A stretch of DNA of 64,000 bases from Synechococcus sp. UW140 (lineage in GTDB: Bacteria > Cyanobacteriota > Cyanobacteriia > PCC-6307 > Cyanobiaceae), in NCBI GenBank assembly GCA_943369455.1, contig CALRND020000007.1, positions 115,388-179,387 of the forward strand, in the 5' to 3' direction. Of this stretch, positions 7,577 to 15,471 are shown in pieces (within the stretch, counting starts at the first letter, position 1; every line of letters starts with the position of its first letter). The position numbers and the translations under genes are program-made. The notes below the pieces were generated by a model. It had not been told where the DNA came from. It ran no database searches and saw only the letters and a program-made list of their open reading frames with translations.

Positions 7577-8822
7577 TAATGACCTCCATTTGTTGGTCCA
7601 AATCAACGGATACCAAGATACTACTAGAATTATCTGCAAGCGTGCTGAAGGCTGATTTAACTCTAGAGATCACATCAACAATGTCAAGGCACGTATCGCA
7701 GCGCAGAGTTGCAATTGGTTGATCTGCAACTACAGCCTCTCCAGGCATGACGAGAAGTTTTACTCCTGCAGGGTCTTTGAAACAATTATGGCCGTCCACA
7801 GTCTGCATAGATACAAGAACATCGCGTAAGCGGGCCAGATTAATCTGAAAGAAACCCGAAGACTCGGCTTTCAAGGTAAAGCGTGGGGCAGAGAGAATCT
7901 GTTTAGTGCGGTCAATAAATACATGGATTGACGTACCTTGAGCTATAAGGTGACTTTCAAATACTCTACGTGCATCGCAAATCATATTTGGAGATAGGCG
8001 CTCTTGTTCATGACGTTCGAGATCGGGACTGTCAGACATGCAAGCTGCCATACAATAGCAATCAATGGAATGATTTTCAAGCCAGATCTCGTCATCATCA
8101 TAAGGCAATAGATTTAACACTTTAGCGAGTGCAACAAGGCTTTCACCACGGCCGATCCATGGCTGTAAAGGAGCCATTTTCACGCCGAGGAACGCAACTG
8201 CAGAAATGCCAAGCAGACGAGCCGCCTCACAAAACATCGTGGCATTCTTTCGTGCCTCCGCTCTTGATTTGCCGAAGTTACCGTGGGAACCTATTCTAAT
8301 ATCTAAACCCACACATTTAACACCTACAGCGAGCTTTTTTGCCAGTAAGCTTGCTGCAGCAAGAACTGGAATTGCCACAGCATCATGTCTACGTCGACAC
8401 ATAAATAGAGACGCATCAAGTGGTGCAAAGCGGCTATCAGCGAGAAAATGAGCGTACCCGCAGTCTTCTATTACCTTGTGTACTTCATCAGAGGCCAACT
8501 GGACCTTGTATCCCTCAAGTGTGCCGAGACTGTCAATCGCACCTGCCGGTCTGCCAGGGACAGCTAGTTTTGCAACTTGAAATCCCATGACTCTCAGCCA
8601 CAGTGGACCCAACAAAGTCGAAAGCGAAGCTGGTCCACCTGTAGATGCGATGTCTGCAACGTTGTAGTGATCACCCCATTGTAGTTTCTCTCCGCTTGCT
8701 GCCAAGTGCTTCGCTAGACGTGCAACTTCAAATGCATCTAACGGGCAGTTGCGTGCCACTTCAATCAACTTTAAGAACTGTTCTTCATCACATTTAGTAG
8801 GTAGCGGAAGAAAGCTTGTCAT
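7569..8822 (-). CDS. Divergent thymidine phosphorylase / glycosyltransferase family 3 (PRT-like) protein
   Basis: 417 aa. DIASTGGPAS (8634-8654) corresponds to the DKHSTGGVGD loop and VPGRPAGAIDSLGTLEGY to SGRGLGHTGGTLDKLE of E. coli DeoA. C-terminal LLVMPGEAVVADQPIATL resembles the PYNP C-terminal domain. Confidence 0.75.
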   Translation of the reverse strand: MTSFLPLPTKCDEEQFLKLIEVARNCPLDAFEVARLAKHLAASGEKLQWGDHYNVADIASTGGPASLSTLLGPLWLRVMGFQVAKLAVPGRPAGAIDSLGTLEGYKVQLASDEVHKVIEDCGYAHFLADSRFAPLDASLFMCRRRHDAVAIPVLAAASLLAKKLAVGVKCVGLDIRIGSHGNFGKSRAEARKNATMFCEAARLLGISAVAFLGVKMAPLQPWIGRGESLVALAKVLNLLPYDDDEIWLENHSIDCYCMAACMSDSPDLERHEQERLSPNMICDARRVFESHLIAQGTSIHVFIDRTKQILSAPRFTLKAESSGFFQINLARLRDVLVSMQTVDGHNCFKDPAGVKLLVMPGEAVVADQPIATLRCDTCLDIVDVISRVKSAFSTLADNSSSILVSVDLDQQMEVINA

Positions 8823-8834
8823 GCTGGTAGTGTT

Positions 8835-9917
8835 TTAATCATTACTTGCAAGCCACGAGTCTACGTCTACTGCTATCTCCTCCTGAAATGATTTCCGAAT
8901 CTCAGCGGCATGAGCCATGATAAATGGGGGAGGAAGAGCATTGCCAATCATTAATGCTATAGCAGTCTTGTTGTTTACAGTAGGGAAGATGTAACCCTTA
9001 GGGAATCCCTGAAGTAAAGATGCTTCCCGCATAGTGACTGCCCGGTTCTGGTCGGGATGCAAGAAACGACCCTTAGAAGGATTGAAGCAGCCACTTGTAA
9101 TTGTAGGAGCCTGTGATCCCCACGACATTCGGCCATATATATCATAGAACCCATCACATCTCCGATGGCATTCAAGTTGTTCATCTTTTGAGAGACTAGA
9201 GCGGCTTCCACCATCATGTGGAATGCGGCCAATCAGATCAAGGATCCTCTTGCTTCGTCGTTCTGGAATGTCATGCACGGGATCACCGCTTGCGCCGGGA
9301 GTAGGCAGCATCCCAATAGCGTCCCGTACTGTATACTTTTGAGGGGAAGGTGGTGCAAATCGAATACTCTTCCCCAATCCAGCAATATAGATTAGCCTAT
9401 GGCGACGTTGCGGAACTCCATAGTCAGCTGCATTCAGAACCCTGTGATGCCCATGGTACCCAAATCGCTTCATCGATCTACAGAATTGCGAAAAGCGATG
9501 ATCATTTTGAAGGCCGGGAACATTCTCAAGCATCACCGCCCTAGGACGCAGCTCCTTTGCAAATCTCAGGAATTCGAAGAGAAGGTCGTTGCGTGCATCA
9601 TCTACGCATAGAGGACGATTTAATGCTCTCAGTTTTGAGAATCCTTGGCATGGCGGACACCCAGCCAATAGGTCGAGTTTTCCTTTTCGTAGTCCAATTT
9701 GCTTCTTAAGGCTACTAACCCCAAGCTTCTTGATGTCTGTGTGAAAAACTCTTACATCTGAGTGATTAGCGCTATATGTTTCTACTGAAGATTCATCAAC
9801 TTCAACAGCAGCAAGAACGCGAAATCCTGCTTGCTTCAGCCCCAATGTCAACCCCCCGCAACCGCTGAAAAGGTCGACCGCAGCAAAGTGGTTGTCAATG
9901 GCTGCCTGATCCTGCAT
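8835..9917 (-). CDS. DNA (cytosine-5)-methyltransferase
   Basis: Motif I FSGCGG (9852-9869), motif IV PPCQGFS (9636-9656), ENVPGL, QRRHRLIYIAG, GNALPPPF. Start set at ATG 9917 (GGAGG 13 nt upstream), 15 aa before motif I. The ORF is open up to TTG 10055. Confidence 0.9.
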   Translation of the reverse strand: MQDQAAIDNHFAAVDLFSGCGGLTLGLKQAGFRVLAAVEVDESSVETYSANHSDVRVFHTDIKKLGVSSLKKQIGLRKGKLDLLAGCPPCQGFSKLRALNRPLCVDDARNDLLFEFLRFAKELRPRAVMLENVPGLQNDHRFSQFCRSMKRFGYHGHHRVLNAADYGVPQRRHRLIYIAGLGKSIRFAPPSPQKYTVRDAIGMLPTPGASGDPVHDIPERRSKRILDLIGRIPHDGGSRSSLSKDEQLECHRRCDGFYDIYGRMSWGSQAPTITSGCFNPSKGRFLHPDQNRAVTMREASLLQGFPKGYIFPTVNNKTAIALMIGNALPPPFIMAHAAEIRKSFQEEIAVDVDSWLASND

Positions 9918-10260
9918 CCTTGAAGTGGTTCCTCCGTTGCCACTATACGCTCTGATCTTTGATTTTTGTCTGATCTGTCTGCATTCATCTCGCGACTGCT
10001 TGCAGGGACACAACATGCCTACGCAATCCCTTCCTTCGCCATTTGCGAAAAGCAAACCCTTAAGCAGCCGTCAGCCATTATCCAAGCCCACGATCTCGTC
10101 GTGCACATGGAGCCGACCCGCAACAGTCAAAACAAACCCTTCTGGCATGTCTGGGAGTAAGGGTCTGAATCAATACAACTTGAGTAATTGATGCCTTGAT
10201 CAGACTCAGAAATATCTGAATGGGTTTAGCCTCTATGGCAATACCAGCAAGATTAAGCAA

Positions 10261-12847
10261 GCTCCGCCCAGCGGATCGACCTGCTCTGCGCCTTCATCAA
10301 GTTCAGCGGCCTGCGCCTGCTCCAGCCGGCCCTCAGCGAGTTCCTGCAGGCCGAGCCCCGCCGCCCGTTGCGGGTGCTCACCACCGTCTACCTGGGCGCC
10401 ACCGACCGCCGCGCCCTCGATTGGCTGGTGGCTCACGGCGCCAAGGTGCGCGTCAGCTACGACACCCGCCGCACCCGCCTGCACGCCAAAGCCTGGCTGT
10501 TCCATCGGCCGGGCCTCTCGGGCGCCACCCTTTCCTCCACCGCCTACATCGGCTCCTCCAACCTCTCCACCGCCGCCCTGCACGACGGCCTGGAGTGGAA
10601 CGTGCGCCTCTCCGCCCACGACAACGAGGGCATCCTGGCCAAGTTCCAGGCCGCCTTTGAGAGCTACTGGGAGGAGGGCGAGTTCGAGCCCTACCGGGCC
10701 AGCGAACTGGAGCAGCGCCGCTTTGATCGGGCCGTGCGCGAGGAGTCGGCGGGGGACGCGGCGTTGGACGCCACCCCGCTCAGCTTCTTCGACATCCGCC
10801 CCTACCCCTACCAGCAGGAGATCCTCGACAAGCTGTCGGCCGAGCGCAGCCTCCATGGCCGCTGGCGCAACCTGGTGGTGGCCGCCACCGGCACGGGCAA
10901 AACCGTGGTCGCCGCCCTCGATTACGCCCGCCAGGCCGGTCCTGGTCACCCGAGCCTGCTGTTCGTGGCCCACCGGCGCGAGATCCTGCAGCAGAGCCTC
11001 GCCACCTTCCGCCAGGTGCTGCGCGATGGCTCCTTCGGCGAGCTGCTGGTGGATGGCCAGCGCCCCAGCCAGTGGCGCCACGTGTTCGCCTCGGTGCAGT
11101 CGCTCGCTGGGCTGGATCCGGCCGACCTGGCGCCAGACACGTTCGCCGTGGTGATCGTCGATGAGTTCCACCACGCCGCCGCCGCCAGGCCTCACCGCCA
11201 CCCCCGAGCGCACCGGCGGCGAGGACATCCTCCATTGGTTCGATGGCCGCATCGCAGCCGAGCTGCGCCTCTGGAGCGCCTTGGAGCAGGGCCTGCTCTG
11301 CCCCTTCCACTACTTCGGCCTCCACGACGGCACCGACCTCTCGCAGATCGAGTGGCGCCGCAACGCCTACGCCACAGAAGCCCTGTCCAACCTCTACACC
11401 GCCGACGACGCCCGCCTGCGCCTGATCCTGCGCGAACTGGCAGACAAGGTCACCAACCTGGATTCGATGCGGGCCCTGGGCTTCTGCGTGAGCGTGGAGC
11501 ACGCCCATTGGATGGCCCGCAAGTTCGTGGCCGCCGGCCTGCGCGCCGCTGCCCTAGATGCGTCCAGCCCCCGGGACGAGCGCGCCGAGCAGATCCGCCG
11601 CCTGCGCTCCGGCGAGCTGCAGATCCTGTCTGCGGTGGATCTGTTCAACGAAGGCCTCGACATCCCTGAGATCGACACGGTGCTGTTCCTGCGGCCCACC
11701 GAGAGCGCAATCGTGTTCCTGCACCAGCTTCGACCTGCGCTACCGCGCCCTGCTCGGTGGCACGCGCGACCAGCTGGAGCAGCAGATCAACGACGGGTTT
11801 CCCTTCCTGCCGGCCGGCTGCAGCCTGCAGCTCGATCGGGTGTCGAGCGAGCGGGTGCTTGCCAATCTGCGCGAGTCGCTGCCCACGCGCCGGCCCCAGC
11901 TGCTCGCCGAAGCTCACCGCCTCGGGCGCTGTTCGCTGGCGGGGTTGCTGGAGGGGCTCGGGATGGAGCTGGGGGAGTTTTACAAGGTGGCGGGGTCGTG
12001 GGCGTTGTTGCAGCGGGAGTTGGGGTGGGTGGCCTCGGTGGAACCCTCCGAGGATGAGTGGCGACTGGGACGGGGGATCGCCGGGGGGCTGCTGCATCTG
12101 GACGACCCCGAGCGGTTGCACTGGCTGGCGGGCCAACTGCAGCGGCCCATCGCGCCCGATCCGGCGGACTTCGATCCCGCCACCGAGCGCCGCTGGCGCA
12201 TGCTGATGGCCCAGCTCTGGGGCAGCGGCCGGCAGCACGTGCCCCTGGCCGAGGCCCTCGTCCGGCTCTGGGCCGCCGCCGACCTCCGCGCCGAACTGGT
12301 GGAGCTGTTCGCGCTGCTGCTCGAGCGCACCGACCACCTGGTGGCGCCGCTCGACTGGGACCGCGCCGATCCGCCCCCCATCCCCCTCAAACTCCACGGC
12401 CGCTACTCCCGCGCCGAGGTGTTCGCCGCGTTTGGGCTGCTGAACGAGGCCCGCCCTTTCCCCGGCCGGGAGGGGGTGTTCTTTGACGAAGCCACCCAGT
12501 GCGACGTCTTCTTCATCACCCTCAAGAAGTCCGAGCGCCTGTTCTCCCCCACCACCCGCTACAACGATGTCGCCATCTCCCCATGGGAGTTCCACTGGGA
12601 GAGCCAGAGCCTCACCCGGGAAGCGTCCGCCACCGGGCAGAGATACATCCACCACGTTGAGCGCGGCAGCCGGGTGATGCTGTTCGTGCGGGAGGAAAGC
12701 AAGCGCGGCGGGGTGACGCTGCCGTTTCTGGGCCTGGGGTTCGCGGATTACGTGAGCCATGAGGGCGAGCGGCCGATGGCGATTCGCTGGCGGTTGCACA
12801 GGGCGATACCGGCGGCGTTTGTGCCGGAGTTGGCGTTGGCGGTTTGA
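10261..12847 (+). pseudogene. PLD-nuclease / SF2 helicase / DUF3427 protein, 5'-truncated with two internal frame-breaking deletions
   Basis: RLHAKAWLF..GSSNLS (PLD HxK), VVAATGTGKT, VDEFHH, then a frame change to GLTATPERTGGEDILHWFDGRI. ..LFLRPTESAIVFLHQL, then a second frame change to FDLRYRALLGG..DUF3427-like C-terminus ending LALAV. The reading frame is open right up to the island edge, with no start codon. Confidence 0.75.
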
Positions 12848-12861
12848 GGGCGTGGAGCTGA

Positions 12862-13302
12862 TCAAGCCTTATCCCATTGGCCTTCTGGTTCCTGCAGGCG
12901 CCTCATGGCCTCCCTGGCAAGAACAATCGCAATCCCTTGAAAGTTGCCCAAGGCCAAGAGGTCGTCATCGCCAGAGACGATCAGATCGGCGAGGCCACCT
13001 ACGGCCGCAGCCAAGACCTGATCGTCGTCGGGATCCCTACTGACGGGACCTCCCAGATCAGCAGGTTCCACGAGCTCAACCAGGGCGGCATAGCCATCAA
13101 ACAGATCGGCAATCCTCACACCAAGCCGAAAAATGGGCTCTCTGAACTTCGGTCGCTGCAGCACGCCTTCCAACTCGGCGAGGAGAGGAACGGTACTGAT
13201 CAGCTGAACCCGCCCAACCACGGCCGCATCCATGAGCTGCCCGGGAACTCCCTGCCAGATCAGGGCAGAGAGAGCCGTGTTGGTGTCAAGAACCAGCCGC
13301 AA
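12862..13302 (-). CDS. PIN-domain toxin
   Basis: 146 aa. MRLVLDTNTALSALIW..DPDDDQVLAAAVGGLADLIVSGDDDLL. Overlaps the upstream antitoxin ORF by 17 nt. Confidence 0.75.
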   Translation of the reverse strand: MRLVLDTNTALSALIWQGVPGQLMDAAVVGRVQLISTVPLLAELEGVLQRPKFREPIFRLGVRIADLFDGYAALVELVEPADLGGPVSRDPDDDQVLAAAVGGLADLIVSGDDDLLALGNFQGIAIVLAREAMRRLQEPEGQWDKA

Positions 13303-13570
13303 GTCGTTGCCCCTTGCGGTAAGCGCTGATCTCCTCGTTGATCTCTCGCCGGGTCAGAACCTCTGGCGGGTCAGCAGCAAGAGCAGCCCTGGCGTCTTGC
13401 AGACGGACAATGCGGTCTGAGGCCAGCTTGTCCCGCAGCAGGCGCTCGATCGCTTCTGGCGCCAGCAGGCCGGCTCCGCTGGCTTCCGCCGCCAGCGCAT
13501 CAGGGAGGGTGATCTCGATGGTGGTCAAGCGTGCACCCCAACCATGCTTGCCTCTGAGGGTAGCCGGCAT
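13286..13570 (-). CDS. Antitoxin partner of the PIN toxin (start uncertain: ATG 13570 or TTG 13528)
   Basis: ..LTTIEITLPDALAAEASGAGLLAPEAIERLLRDKL..EINEEISAYRKGQ. Small, overlaps the toxin start. The N-terminal part of the 152-aa ORF is antisense to helicase copy B. Confidence 0.55.
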   Translation of the reverse strand: MPATLRGKHGWGARLTTIEITLPDALAAEASGAGLLAPEAIERLLRDKLASDRIVRLQDARAALAADPPEVLTRREINEEISAYRKGQRLAAGS

Positions 13571-13595
13571 CTCCGCCCAGAGGTACAGCCCACAG

Positions 13596-14201
13596 GCCAC
13601 GCCGCGAGCAGATCCGCCGCCTGCAGGCCAGCACCTGCCCCTGGCCGAGGCCCTCGTCGGGCTCTGGGCCGCTGCCGACCTCCGCGCCGAGCTGGTGGGC
13701 CCGCTTGACTGGGGCCGCGCCGATCCGCCCCCCATCCCCCTCAAACTTCACGGCCGCTACTCCCGCGCCGAGGTGTTCGCCGCCTTTGGGCTGTTGAACG
13801 AGGCCCGCCCCTTCCCCGGCCGGGAGGGCGTGTTTTTTGATGAGGCCACCCAGTGCGACGTCTTCTTCATCACCCTCAAGAAGTCGGAGCGACTGTTCTC
13901 CCCCACCACCCGCTACAACGACGTCGCCATCTCCCCGTGGGAGTTCCACTGGGAGAGCCAGAGCCTCACCCGCGAAGCGTCCACCACTGGGCAGCGATAC
14001 ATCCACCACCGAGAGCGCGGCAGCCGGGTGATGCTGTTCGTGCGGGAGGAGAACAGGCGTGGTGGGGTGACGCTGCCATTTCTGTGTCTGGGGTTCGCGG
14101 ATTACGTCAGCCACGAGGGCGAGCGGCCGATGGCGATTCGCTGGCGGTTGCACCGGGCGATTCCGGCGGCGTTCGTGCCGGAGTTGGCGTTGGCGGTTTG
14201 A
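13596..14201 (+). pseudogene. Second copy (B) of the helicase 3' end (DUF3427 region), internally deleted
   Basis: About 40 mismatches over about 560 hand-aligned nt versus 12232-12847, plus a 45-nt gap (ELFALLLERTDHLVA missing). At 13596-13625 a short EQIRRL-coding piece (compare 11585-11605) is fused directly to the QH(V/L)PLAEAL region. Confidence 0.7.
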
Positions 14202-14223
14202 GGGGGGCTGAAGCCGCTAGCCT

Positions 14224-14448
14224 GTGGAAATGGCTGATTCGCGCATCACCCTCAACCCAGCCCAGTGCGGCGGCAAGCCCTGCATCAGAGGGATGCGGAT
14301 CAGCGTGAGCGATGTGCTCGACCTTTATTCAGCTGGGCTTTCCCCCGATCAGATCCTCTCGGAGCTTCCTGATCTTGAGCCGGAAGATCTCAAGGCGGCC
14401 CTGAGCTACGCCGCCCGCGAGTTGAACCATCCTGTTCTGGTGGCGTGA
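14224..14448 (+). CDS. DUF433 family antitoxin-like protein
   Basis: 74 aa. NPAQCGGKPCIRGMRISVSDVLDLYSAGLSPDQILSELPDLEPEDLKAALSYA is the DUF433 signature. Confidence 0.75.
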   Translation: MEMADSRITLNPAQCGGKPCIRGMRISVSDVLDLYSAGLSPDQILSELPDLEPEDLKAALSYAARELNHPVLVA

Positions 14449-14603
14449 TTCTCTGGCTTGATGCTCAGTTGTCACCAGCCCTCGCGAGTTGGATCACAGC
14501 ACAATTCGCTCCGATAGAGGCGGCGCTGCTACGCACCCTTGTACTGGTTGTGGCCAACCCTGGCGATGGTGAACCCTGGGTCGAGATTCGTTCGACAAGC
14601 TGA
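14445..14603 (+). pseudogene. Truncated DUF5615 (PIN-like) toxin remnant
   Basis: GTGA overlap with the DUF433 stop. VILWLDAQLSPALASWITAQFAPIEAALLR matches only the first about 30 residues of DUF5615 proteins, then diverges and stops at 52 codons. Confidence 0.5.
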
Positions 14604-14629
14604 GGCCCCTACGCAACGGCGGAACCTGG

Positions 14630-14797
14630 TGCCCGTGGCTCGCGGATGCAACGGAAACCACGATGGCGAGCGAACCGCGTTGACCGAAGAGTGGCGATCC
14701 GTTGGCGGCTGGAGCGGGCGATCCCGGCTGCGTGGCTGCACGGCTGTTGTGTGACACAGCAGCTGTTCCTCGCCATCCCTGGCGTTGGCGGTTTAGC
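14630..14797 (+). pseudogene. Third, strongly diverged copy (C) of the helicase 3' terminus
   Basis: ..VAIRWRLERAIPAA.. and terminal CTGGCGTTGGCGGTTTAG (LALAV-stop) parallel 12770-12847 and 14125-14201. Confidence 0.45.
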
Positions 14798-14834
14798 GTC
14801 ATCCCAGGCCTCTCCTGAGCATTCACTGCCGGCC

Positions 14835-15131
14835 ATGGACGTCAGTTCCGAAACCTTGATCAGCCAGTTGCGCCAGCACGCGCCCATCTGGAGTGAGCGT
14901 TTCGGCGTGCGCAGCCTGCGGATCTTCGGCTCCTGGGCCCGTGGCACGGCAACACCGAGCAGCGATGTGGATCTGCTGGTGGCCTTCGACGGCCCTGCCA
15001 CCGCCAGACGCTTCTATGGCCTCCAGCTGTTCCTGGAAGACCTGCTCCAACAACCTGTCGATCTGGTGACGGAACAAGCACTCCGGCAGGAGCTCAGGCC
15101 TGCGGTGGAGGCGGATGCCATCACCCTCTGA
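14835..15131 (+). CDS. Nucleotidyltransferase (MNT-type antitoxin)
   Basis: 98 aa from ATG 14835. FGSWARGTATPSSDVDLLV (GSx..DxD) motif. Confidence 0.8.
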   Translation: MDVSSETLISQLRQHAPIWSERFGVRSLRIFGSWARGTATPSSDVDLLVAFDGPATARRFYGLQLFLEDLLQQPVDLVTEQALRQELRPAVEADAITL

Positions 15132-15471
15132 CGGCAGTCCGAAACGTGACTGGCGCCTTTATGCGCAGGACATGGATCGGTTTGCCTGTCGTGCCGTGGG
15201 CTACTGCGCTGATCTGAACCGTGCGCAGTTCGAGGCGAACCAGCTGATGCAGGATGCCGTTCTTCGCAACATCGAGCTGATCGGCGAAGCCGCCACTCGC
15301 ATCCCAGAGGAGGTGAGGCTCGCCCATACTGAGATCCCCTGGCGGGAAATCATCGCCATGCGCAATCAACTCATCCACGCCTACCTGGGGGTCGATCTTG
15401 ATGTGGTGTGGGATGTGATCCAGGTGGAATTGCCGCTGCTGATCCTTCAGCTGAAGGCTGTGATGGCCTGA
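15115..15471 (+). CDS. HEPN (DUF86) toxin
   Basis: 118 aa. RNQLIH (Rx4H) motif. 17-nt overlap with the MNT gene. Confidence 0.8.
   Translation: MPSPSDGSPKRDWRLYAQDMDRFACRAVGYCADLNRAQFEANQLMQDAVLRNIELIGEAATRIPEEVRLAHTEIPWREIIAMRNQLIHAYLGVDLDVVWDVIQVELPLLILQLKAVMA

Larger units (their letters stand above)
3011..10260. mobile_element. Horizontally acquired AT-richer genomic island (no integrase or transposase detected)
   Basis: Hand counts of single 60-nt lines give about 43-53 % G+C inside (lines 4021, 4561, 6061) versus about 75 % at line 10321. The right edge is abrupt at about 10258/10261, inside the helicase reading frame. The left edge follows the truncated HIT fragment. Confidence 0.7.

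Noticed and set aside
7577-7639. 21-codon N-terminal extension of the giant ORF (MQIILVVSWYPLIWTNKWRSL).
   Set aside because: It lies entirely inside the upstream TP-like gene. The ATG at 7576 gives the classic stop/start overlap and begins directly with the zinc-ribbon cysteines.
9942-9947. TATAGT -10-like hexamer on the minus strand upstream of the methyltransferase.
   Set aside because: No acceptable -35 at 16-19 nt. The predicted transcription start would fall on the Shine-Dalgarno sequence itself. Not reported as a promoter.
9918-10055. 46-codon N-terminal extension of the methyltransferase ORF (TTG 10055 or ATG 10016).
   Set aside because: C5-MTases normally start 10-20 residues before FxGxGG. 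ATG 9917 fits that and has GGAGG upstream. The extension is Cys/Arg/Lys-rich and unlike MTase N-termini. The longer start cannot be excluded.
10233-11252. 339-aa minus-strand ORF, with several other ORFs overlapping the helicase pseudogene.
   Set aside because: Gly/Ala/Arg/Pro-rich text with no motifs, antisense to a frame with clear PLD and helicase motifs. This is a typical stop-poor alternative frame of about 70 % GC DNA.
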